This document shows positions 41,341-48,485 of a stretch of DNA of 64,000 nucleotides, in pieces. The notes beneath the pieces were generated by a model that was not told where the DNA came from, did no database searches, and saw nothing but the letters and a program-made list of their open reading frames with translations. The position numbers and the translations under genes were made by a program. The stretch is from an uncultured Acidobacteriota bacterium. GTDB taxonomy: Bacteria; Acidobacteriota; Vicinamibacteria; Vicinamibacterales; Fen-181. The DNA lies in the NCBI GenBank assembly GCA_963783255.1, contig CAWAMP010000022.1, forward strand, positions 566,761 through 630,760. Direction: 5' to 3'. Each line of letters begins with the position of its first letter. Position 1 is the first letter of the stretch.

Positions 41341-42293
41341 CACGCCGCGCAGCGACCGCGCTGCTGGCACTCGCAGCCGTCCTGGTCGTCGCGGACGGTT
41401 CGGTGATCGCCGCCCCGCAGGCGGCGCCGTCGGCGGCCGGAGGCGCGTCCATCGACCGCGGAACGTTCGAGCACCAGCGCCGGATCCCTCCCGGCCCGAT
41501 CGGCGTCTCGCTGCTGCGGCTCGATGTCCAGGCCCTGGCCCATGCCCGGCTGGCCGACGTCCGCCTGGTCACGGCCGACGGGTTTCAGGTGCCCTATGTG
41601 CTCGAGAACGACGAGACGCCGTGGCGCATCGAGCTCGCGCCGTTGGTCGCGGTCGACGAGCCACGGGTCGCGGCTCGCCTGAGTCAGAGGCAGGGCCGGT
41701 CGCGCAGCGTCTACCAGATCGTGTTCCCGATCGCCGGGATGCCGCCGTGCGACCTCATCCTCGAAACGAACGCGCGGGTATTCGAGCGCGAAGTCAGCCT
41801 GCTCGTGAAGGACGACGGGCGTCGGAGACGGCCGCCAGGGGATTGGGAGACGGCCGCATGGGCGGCGTGGCGGCATGCGGACCCCGACACGCCGGCGGCA
41901 CCGCTCGTCCTCCACCTGCCCCGCCTGCCCGTGCCGGGATCGGCCACGGGCCGCCTGGTTGTAGACGAGGGGGACAACCGGCGGTTGCCGATCGCCGCGC
42001 CGAGGATCGAGGTGCGAACCTGTCGGCTTCGGTTCGTGAGGGAATCGCCCGACGAGATGTGGTTGGTCTACGGACGGGCGGGACTGACCGCGCCGCAGTA
42101 CGACCTGGCACTGCTCGACCGACGGCTACGCAGGTCGGAGGCTCACGAGGTGATGGCCGAGGCCGAACGGCCGGCGGGCGGCCCCGAGTTCGACGGCCGT
42201 TCGCGAGCGGTGTTCTGGGGGGTACTGATCGCGGCGGTGGTGGCGCTGCTGGCCGTCGTCGCCCGGCTGCTGATGTCGCAGCCGGGCCGCTGA
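41337..42293 (+). CDS. secreted, C-terminally anchored protein (DUF3999-like; family name tentative)
   Basis: Its ATG overlaps the upstream TGA (ATGA at 41337-41340). The 318-aa product has a signal peptide, a beta-rich body and the C-terminal TM helix VFWGVLIAAVVALLAVVARLL. Confidence 0.6.
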   Translation: MTRRAATALLALAAVLVVADGSVIAAPQAAPSAAGGASIDRGTFEHQRRIPPGPIGVSLLRLDVQALAHARLADVRLVTADGFQVPYVLENDETPWRIELAPLVAVDEPRVAARLSQRQGRSRSVYQIVFPIAGMPPCDLILETNARVFEREVSLLVKDDGRRRRPPGDWETAAWAAWRHADPDTPAAPLVLHLPRLPVPGSATGRLVVDEGDNRRLPIAAPRIEVRTCRLRFVRESPDEMWLVYGRAGLTAPQYDLALLDRRLRRSEAHEVMAEAERPAGGPEFDGRSRAVFWGVLIAAVVALLAVVARLLMSQPGR

Positions 42294-42309
42294 CCTGCCG
42301 GCACGGCCG

Positions 42310-42330
42310 CGCCCTGGGATTCGCAGGGCG
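42310..42330. terminator. hairpin between convergent genes
   Basis: CGCCCTG-GGATTCG-CAGGGCG forms a 7-bp stem. It lies 17 nt after the stop at 42293 and 4 nt before the infA stop. Confidence 0.5.
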
Positions 42331-42333
42331 AAC

Positions 42334-42552
42334 CTAGCGGGCGCGGAAGGTGATGATCCCTCGCACGAGGTCGTAGGGAGAGACGCTGACGGTCACGCGG
42401 TCGCCGGTGACGACCTTGATGCGGAACCGGCGCATCCGGCCGCTCAGCTGGGCGAGAACCTCGTGCCCGGCGTCGGCCTGGACGCGGTAGAGCCCGCCGC
42501 CGTGGATGGAAGTGACCGTGCCCTGGATGTCGAGAAGATCCTCTTTGCTCAA
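42334..42552 (-). CDS. infA: translation initiation factor IF-1
   Basis: The TTG start at 42552 gives a 72-aa product, (M)SKEDLLDIQGTVTSIHGGGLYRVQADAGHEVLAQLSGRMRRFRIKVVTGDRVTVSVSPYDLVRGIITFRAR. This is canonical IF-1 length and sequence. Confidence 0.9.
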   Translation of the reverse strand: MSKEDLLDIQGTVTSIHGGGLYRVQADAGHEVLAQLSGRMRRFRIKVVTGDRVTVSVSPYDLVRGIITFRAR

Positions 42553-42596
42553 AGTGCGATGCCCTTCGTAGCAGTGGCCAGAATCGGAAGAAGTTC

Positions 42597-42699
42597 GATC
42601 TTGCGGTCTTGCGATCTTGCGAAGTACGCATGGGCTGCTGGACGCCCCCGACCGCGCGATTGCACGTCGCACGATCGCACAATCGTACTTCGCAAGATG
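42597..42699. repeat. 8-nt-period array, locus C, two inverted arms in the infA leader / 3' region of the RRM gene
   Basis: Arm 1 is GATCTTGC GGTCTTGC GATCTTGC GAAGTACG (42597-42628). Arm 2 is GCACGTC GCACGATC GCACAATC GTACTTC GCAAGATG (42662-42699). ATCTTGCGAAGTACG at 42614-42628 is the exact reverse complement of 42684-42698. Confidence 0.85.
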
Positions 42700-42709
42700 C
42701 GACTACGAA

Positions 42710-43021
42710 CTACCAGCGCGGCTCGCGCCGCCGGTTGCCGCCACCGCCGCCGCCGAAACCGCCCGAGCGCTCTGGGCGCGGCTTCGCCTCGTTGACCGTC
42801 AGGCTGCGGCCGCCGAGATCGCGGCCGTGCATCTGCGCGATGGCGTTCTGCGCGTCCGCCTCGGACGCCATCTCGACGAACGCAAAGCCGCGCGCCCTGC
42901 CCGTCGCCATGTCGCGGACGACGTTCACCGATGCCACCTGTCCCGCCGTGCCGAAGAGGTCCTGCAGGTCCTGCTCGGTCGTGTTGAACGGGATGTTGCC
43001 AACGTAGAGTCTCATGCCCAT
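42710..43021 (-). CDS. RRM-type RNA-binding protein with C-terminal Gly/Arg tail
   Basis: RNP motifs are LYVGNIPF (RNP2) and RGFAFVEM (RNP1). The tail is SGGFGGGGGGNRRR. GAGGAG lies 10 nt before the ATG at 43021. Confidence 0.9.
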   Translation of the reverse strand: MGMRLYVGNIPFNTTEQDLQDLFGTAGQVASVNVVRDMATGRARGFAFVEMASEADAQNAIAQMHGRDLGGRSLTVNEAKPRPERSGGFGGGGGGNRRREPRW

Positions 43022-43323
43022 ATCCGTCTGGCTCCTCTGATCCCAGCGCCTGCGACCGCCGCACCGTGGCGCCACGCGGTTGGTGAAGTCGAGGGGTCCC
43101 CCTCGATGCAGCTGTTAGCCGGTGAAAACGTCGCAAGAGAGAGGAGCGAGTCCGGACGACTCGTTTCAGCTCGTGTCGCGGGCTTTCGAGGATAGGCTAC
43201 GGAAACAGTATAGCACGGGCGGGCCTGGCGTCCGGCCCCGGCATTCGGTCCTTGATCTCCGGCCGGGAACGGCGTAGTGTCGTATGGAGCCCCGGCTCCG
43301 AAACCCAGCCTGTCGAGGTACCC

Positions 43324-43536
43324 ATGGCGACGTTCAAGGTAGGCGACCGCGTCACACAGCCGAACTACGGCGACGGCACGATTACCGGCGCGGACGACCA
43401 CCACATCGTGATTGACTTCGACGGGCACGGTGTCAAGCGGTTTGCCAGCAGTCTCGTCGTCCTCGAGCGCACGTCCGCGCCCGCGCCTGCCAGGGCCGTC
43501 AAGCCCAAGCGGGTCCCCAAGACCGCCAAGGCGTAG
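43324..43536 (+). CDS. small protein with Tudor/DUF3553-like N-terminal domain and basic tail
   Basis: A 70-aa protein. FKVGDRVTQPNYGDGTITG...IVIDFDGHGVKRF resembles the UvrD/PcrA C-terminal Tudor-like fold. The C-terminus is Lys/Pro/Ala rich. Confidence 0.5.
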   Translation: MATFKVGDRVTQPNYGDGTITGADDHHIVIDFDGHGVKRFASSLVVLERTSAPAPARAVKPKRVPKTAKA

Positions 43537-43686
43537 GGCGCCTGGCGGTTTGGTGCTACACTTTCTTCGGGACTCCCAACACGAATATCGCTGGTTCCCG
43601 CCAGGACGGCACGCGTCGACTGCGGCGTACCCTCTGGTTCGGTGGCTCGGTTCCACGTCCGGCATCCGGGAGATTGGCTTCGCAGC

Positions 43687-45312
43687 ATGCACATCCTGTT
43701 GTACGTCCCCGACAACCACGTCACCCGCAACTTCCTGCCGCAGCTGTGGCCGTTCATCCTGAAGGAACGGACGCCGCCTGGCCACCGCGTGACGATTATC
43801 GACGGCAACGCCCAGCGTCTGACCGTCGCCGAGATCGTGCAGTTCGTGCGTGACGAGGACGTGGATCTGGTCGGCATGGGTTTCATGACGCGAATGGCGC
43901 GAGCCGCCTACCGGCTCGCAACCGCCATCCGCGCCGAGACGCGCGCGAAGGTCGTCCTCGGAGGGCCCCATGTGACGGGGTTGCCCGACGAACCGCTCGG
44001 CCGGACGGGAATTCCCCGCATGGCGGACGCGATCGCAATCGGCGAAGCCGACGACATCTGGGCCGAGATCGTCGCGGATGCCGAGCGCGGGACGCTCGCG
44101 GACACCTACGGCCCGGACGGGCACGGCGTCAAGCCCACGCTCAAGGATTACCGTGCCGTCGACTGGGAAACGGTGGATCTCGGTCTGTTCGACCTGATGC
44201 GGTTCGCGCCCAGGTCGGTTCGGCGGCTCTTCACCGCAATGCACATCCCGTTCCAGAAGGCCTACTTCATCCCGGTCGAATCGGGCCGCGGGTGTCCGTA
44301 CGGCTGCGAGTTCTGCACGGTCACCGGGTTCTTCGGCCGGGAGCTCCGCTTCCGGTCGAACGAGAGCGTCATCGCCGAACTGCTCGCGCTCAAGCGGGTG
44401 GCCAAGCGAGACCGCGCGCTGGTGAGCGTCTTCTTCGTCGACGACAACTTCGCGATCAACAAGAACCGGCTGAAGTCGCTCCTGCGTGACATGATCCGCT
44501 ACGACGCCTGCGTGCCGTGGACCGGGCAGATCAGCGTCAACCTGCTCGACGACGAGGAACTGGTCGACCTCATCGGCCGGAGCAACGGTCGTTTCATCTT
44601 CATGGGCCTCGAGTCGGTGGACGCAGACAGCCTGAAGAGCGCGCGCAAGGCATTCAACAAGCCGGCCGACTACGCGCGCATCCTCGAGCGCATGGCCCGC
44701 CACGACGTCTACGCGGTGACCTCGTTCATCGTCGGACTGGACGGCGACCGGCCGGGAACCGCGGACCGGATCGAGGCGGAGCTCGTGAAGTGGCCGCCGG
44801 TGCTGCCGGTGTTCGGGCTGCTCACCCCCTACCCGTCGACGCCGTTGTACGACAAGCTCAAGGCAAGCGGACGGCTGCTTCGGCCCACGCACTGGCTCGG
44901 AGGCGAAGCGTTCAAGGCGACGTTCGAGCCCGAGGGGTTCACGACCGAGATGTTCGAGGCGGAGCTTCGGCGCGCGTGGGCGCGCGCTTATCGGCCGGCG
45001 TCATTCGCGCGCTCGCAGAAGTGGATGCTCTCCCAGGGCAAGGGGATGGAGAAGCAGGTGACGTTCTTCATCACCCGGATGCTGTTCCGCGGCATCTACT
45101 TCCCGCAGGCGTCGGGGTGGAACTGGGTGCGGCTGCTCGCCGCCAACCTGCCCACCATCACCAGCATCGTGGCCCGTCAGCTGCTGGGGGGCCGGCCGAA
45201 GACCGCCGCGCCGGCGGCGGTGCAGGCGCCGGCGCCTGAACTGGTGGCGGCCGTACCCGCCGACGGGCCCGCCCGCGCGTTTGCCTCGGAGGATGGTTCG
45301 GCCGCGGCGTGA
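43687..45312 (+). CDS. B12-binding-domain radical SAM protein (DUF4070-type C-terminus)
   Basis: It has an N-terminal cobalamin-binding-like domain (MHILLYVPDN...VDLVGMGFMT). The radical SAM cluster motif is GRGCPYGCEFCTV (CxxxCxxC). Length is 541 aa. Confidence 0.85.
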   Translation: MHILLYVPDNHVTRNFLPQLWPFILKERTPPGHRVTIIDGNAQRLTVAEIVQFVRDEDVDLVGMGFMTRMARAAYRLATAIRAETRAKVVLGGPHVTGLPDEPLGRTGIPRMADAIAIGEADDIWAEIVADAERGTLADTYGPDGHGVKPTLKDYRAVDWETVDLGLFDLMRFAPRSVRRLFTAMHIPFQKAYFIPVESGRGCPYGCEFCTVTGFFGRELRFRSNESVIAELLALKRVAKRDRALVSVFFVDDNFAINKNRLKSLLRDMIRYDACVPWTGQISVNLLDDEELVDLIGRSNGRFIFMGLESVDADSLKSARKAFNKPADYARILERMARHDVYAVTSFIVGLDGDRPGTADRIEAELVKWPPVLPVFGLLTPYPSTPLYDKLKASGRLLRPTHWLGGEAFKATFEPEGFTTEMFEAELRRAWARAYRPASFARSQKWMLSQGKGMEKQVTFFITRMLFRGIYFPQASGWNWVRLLAANLPTITSIVARQLLGGRPKTAAPAAVQAPAPELVAAVPADGPARAFASEDGSAAA

Positions 45313-45324
45313 GCGTCGCGGCGT

Positions 45325-46260
45325 CTACTCTGGCCGGCTGCCGGCCACCACGCACCGGTTGCGGCCGAGCGCCTTCGCCCGGTAGAGGGCGGTGTCCGCC
45401 GACCGGACCAGCTCTTCCACGGTCGCGCCGTCGGCCGGGTAGGTCGCCACGCCGATCGAGATCCGCACCTGGTAGCTGGTCCCGCCGTAGTCGAACGTCC
45501 GAGCCGCCAGCGCCTCCCTGACCCGCTCGGCCACCATCAACGCCGCCGCCGTGTCGGTCTCCGGAAGGAACGACACGAACTCCTCCCCGCCGTAGCGGCC
45601 ATTCACGTCCGTGACCCGCGTGGTTTCGCGGATGAGCAATCCCACTTCCGACAGGCAATGCGAGCCGACCAGGTGTCCGTGGGTGTCGTTGACCTGCTTG
45701 AAGTGGTCCAGATCCATCATGAGGACCGAGACCGGGTGCTGGTAGCGTTCGGTCCGAATCAGTTCCTTCTCGAGCTCCCGGAACAGCGACCGCTTCGTCA
45801 GCAGTCCGGTCAGGTCGTCGAGGTGGATCATCTGGACGATGCGCGACTGATAGGCGACGTCGGCCTTGTCCACCATCTCGAACTTGAGGATCCGGCCGCC
45901 GATGGCGACCTTGCTGCCGGGCGCGAGCGCCTGGCGCTCCACCCGCTGCCCGTCCACGAACGTCCCGTTGGTCGAACCGAGATCCACCACCTCGAAGTCG
46001 TCGGCGCCGCGGGCCGCTCGGCGGATGACCGCGTGGCACCGCGACACGCGCGATTCCGGGATGACGATATCCGCCCCGGCCGTGCGGCCGATCACCGTCT
46101 CGTCCTTGGTCAGGCTGTGGAGGCCGCCAATCTCGTCCCCGTCGTACAGGATGAGCGCGGGCATGCGGCGGTCGCCGGCCGGATCCGGAGGGCGGACCTC
46201 CACCCGGGGAAAGACCAGTGTGCGGTCGTCGAAGTCCCTGTCCGGCCCTGGTTCGATCAT
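45325..46260 (-). CDS. FHA-domain diguanylate cyclase (FHA-GGDEF)
   Basis: The FHA core is TVIGR...SRCHAVI...DLGSTNGTFVDG. The GGDEF domain has active site GGEEF and I-site RVTD five residues upstream. GGGAGG precedes the ATG. Confidence 0.9.
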   Translation of the reverse strand: MIEPGPDRDFDDRTLVFPRVEVRPPDPAGDRRMPALILYDGDEIGGLHSLTKDETVIGRTAGADIVIPESRVSRCHAVIRRAARGADDFEVVDLGSTNGTFVDGQRVERQALAPGSKVAIGGRILKFEMVDKADVAYQSRIVQMIHLDDLTGLLTKRSLFRELEKELIRTERYQHPVSVLMMDLDHFKQVNDTHGHLVGSHCLSEVGLLIRETTRVTDVNGRYGGEEFVSFLPETDTAAALMVAERVREALAARTFDYGGTSYQVRISIGVATYPADGATVEELVRSADTALYRAKALGRNRCVVAGSRPE

Positions 46261-46309
46261 GGGCGGGGCCTCCCACTACAGGATTTCGGTGGGAGAAGGA
46301 CAGGACTTC

Positions 46310-46349
46310 AATCTTGCGATCGTGCGAAGTGGCGAACTGGCGAACTGGC
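46310..46349 (-). repeat. 8-nt-period array, locus D (5 phased octamers)
   Basis: The plus strand reads AATCTTGC GATCGTGC GAAGTGGC GAACTGGC GAACTGGC. This is the same unit vocabulary as locus E. It lies 50 nt upstream of the FHA-GGDEF start. Confidence 0.85.
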
Positions 46350-46354
46350 GGCCG

Positions 46355-46418
46355 GCGACTGGCGGCTTGCGGCGGTGTCACGGGCGACAGCGTGACCCGG
46401 CCGCAAGCCGCCAGTCGC
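46355..46418 (-). terminator. long GC hairpin after the M28 peptidase gene
   Basis: GCGACTGGCGGCTTGCGGC (46355-46373) is the exact reverse complement of 46400-46418, a 19-bp stem. The 26-nt loop contains a further GTCACG/CGTGAC pair. It starts 7 nt after the stop at 46425. There is no U-tract. Confidence 0.75.
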
Positions 46419-46424
46419 GAGCCG

Positions 46425-48410
46425 CTACTTGATCGGCGTGAGCTTGCCCCAGCCCTGCTCCTTCACCGTCTTCATGTCGTTGACCAGCTGCTCGGGCAGC
46501 TTCTCGTTCAGCTTCGGGCGCGTGGCCGCGTTGCCCAGGACCCAGCTGACCGCGTACACCGTCTTGGTCACGGCCTCGAGTTTGTCGTAGTCGATCCTCT
46601 CCGCGCTGTCGGTCACGCGGTGGTAGTCGCTGTGCAGCCCGTCGCAGAAGAAGGCGATCGGAATCCCCATCTTGACGAAGTTGTAGTGGTCGCTGCGGGA
46701 GAAGATCCGCTGGCCGCTCGTGCCCGGACCGAGGTTGTCGTGCGTCGCGTCCGGCACTACCGTGTCGTAGAAATCGCTGAGCTTCATCTTCAGGTAGCGG
46801 CCGTTCACGTCCGCCACGATCTTCCCGAGCTCCGCACTCGCGATGCGGGGACCGACGACGAACACCTCGTTCGGCTCGGCCAGCTTGTAGGATGGCGGGT
46901 CGACGTAGCCGGGTGTCTTGCTGCGGCCGACCATGTCCATGTTCAGATCCGCGACGACCTTGGTGATGTCGACCGGCGGGAACTGGTTGAAGTACTGCGA
47001 GCCCCAGAGCCCCTTCTCTTCGCCTGCCATCCACAGGAAGATGATGGTCCGCTTCGCGCGCCGGCCCTTCGCGGCACCGGTCGCGTACGCTCTCGCCATG
47101 GCCATCATCGCGACACATCCCGACGCATCGTCATCGGCGCCGTTGTAGACGCCGTCGCCGTTCGCGTCGGCAGCGGCGAGGCCGTTGTGATCGAGGTGGG
47201 CGCTGATCACGACGTACTCGTTCTTCAGCACCGGGTCGCTCCCTTCGACCATGGCCATGACGTTGTAGGCGTACTTCTTGTCGGAGGTGACCGCGAGCTT
47301 GAGCGTCACCTTCTTGTCCGCCGCGAGGTCGAACGAGTCGAGCCTGGCGTTGGCCGCGGCGCCGTTGAACACCTGCGCGCCGGTCAGCTTCTCGCCCTGG
47401 AACAGGCCGTTGATGAGCTCGACGCCTGCCATGATCGCCGGCACGGAAGCGGGCCGGTTCGCCTGGAACTTCACGACCTGGTAGGACGGGCCGTTGAGCG
47501 AGGCGCGGGGCGCGGTCGGCGTCGCCATGCCGGAGAGTTGCTGGAACGTGGGAATCGTGATGATGCCGACGGCGCCGTTCCTCGCGGCGTAGGTCTGCGG
47601 CGTCGTAAAGTCGGTGTTCTCGACGCCGAGCGGGTTGGGCGGCCCGCCGCGGCCACCGCCGCCACGCCCGCCGGCGCCCGCGCCCGCCGCGGCCTGGGCT
47701 GCCGCGAGCTCGGCGGGCAGGCCGGCCACCACCATCACCTTCCCCCGAACGTCGATGCCCTCGTACGGATTCGTCTTCGTCTTGTTGATGACGTAGCCGT
47801 TCCCGACGAAGACGAGGTTGGCCGACGAGATCTCGGCCGGCGTCACGCCGCCGCCCCCGCGCCCACCGCCGCCTCCGCCCGCCGTCCAGTCCTTACCGTA
47901 CTCGAACGCGCGAGGTACGGCGGGCGGCACCGGCGCCGGCGCGGCTGCGCGGGCTCCTGGCACGGCCGCCGCGCCCGCCCCGGCGGGTGCACCCGCGCCG
48001 CCTCGCCCGCCCCGTCCACCGGCCGCGGCCAGCGTGATCGACAGCTTCATGTTCGGGGTGTCGTTCTGGCTGCTGATCAGGTCGAACGGCACCAGATAGG
48101 CCTGGAGCGGTCCGTCGGCCGGCGCGACGCTGCGAGCCGGCGTAAGACCCCATTCCTTCATGTGGCTGGCGATATAGAGCGCTGCCGTGTCGTATCCGCG
48201 CGAAGGCAGATTGCGGCCCTCGAGTTGGTCGGAGGAGAGGAAGTACTCGTAGGTCTTCAGTTCGTCCTGGGTGATCGCGTCGGCGTTGCCGAACGCCTTG
48301 CCGGACGCCTTGATGTACGGCGACTTGGCCTGCTGAGCCGCCACGCCTGTCCACATGAGCAGCGCCAGCAGCCCGATGAGAAGTGAGGTGGAACCAGTGA
48401 TTCGACGCAT
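46425..48410 (-). CDS. secreted M28-family aminopeptidase with PA-like insert and Gly/Arg/Ala low-complexity segments
   Basis: It has a signal peptide. M28 metal-ligand blocks are VISAHLDHNG and YNGADDDASG. Length is 661 aa. Confidence 0.85.
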   Translation of the reverse strand: MRRITGSTSLLIGLLALLMWTGVAAQQAKSPYIKASGKAFGNADAITQDELKTYEYFLSSDQLEGRNLPSRGYDTAALYIASHMKEWGLTPARSVAPADGPLQAYLVPFDLISSQNDTPNMKLSITLAAAGGRGGRGGAGAPAGAGAAAVPGARAAAPAPVPPAVPRAFEYGKDWTAGGGGGGRGGGGVTPAEISSANLVFVGNGYVINKTKTNPYEGIDVRGKVMVVAGLPAELAAAQAAAGAGAGGRGGGGRGGPPNPLGVENTDFTTPQTYAARNGAVGIITIPTFQQLSGMATPTAPRASLNGPSYQVVKFQANRPASVPAIMAGVELINGLFQGEKLTGAQVFNGAAANARLDSFDLAADKKVTLKLAVTSDKKYAYNVMAMVEGSDPVLKNEYVVISAHLDHNGLAAADANGDGVYNGADDDASGCVAMMAMARAYATGAAKGRRAKRTIIFLWMAGEEKGLWGSQYFNQFPPVDITKVVADLNMDMVGRSKTPGYVDPPSYKLAEPNEVFVVGPRIASAELGKIVADVNGRYLKMKLSDFYDTVVPDATHDNLGPGTSGQRIFSRSDHYNFVKMGIPIAFFCDGLHSDYHRVTDSAERIDYDKLEAVTKTVYAVSWVLGNAATRPKLNEKLPEQLVNDMKTVKEQGWGKLTPIK

Positions 48411-48485
48411 GCCTGCCTCGGTTCTTTGTGTGTCAGAAGATGGACGGGAGCTTGGGTCGCATTACGACACGGGCCCCGCGGTCGT

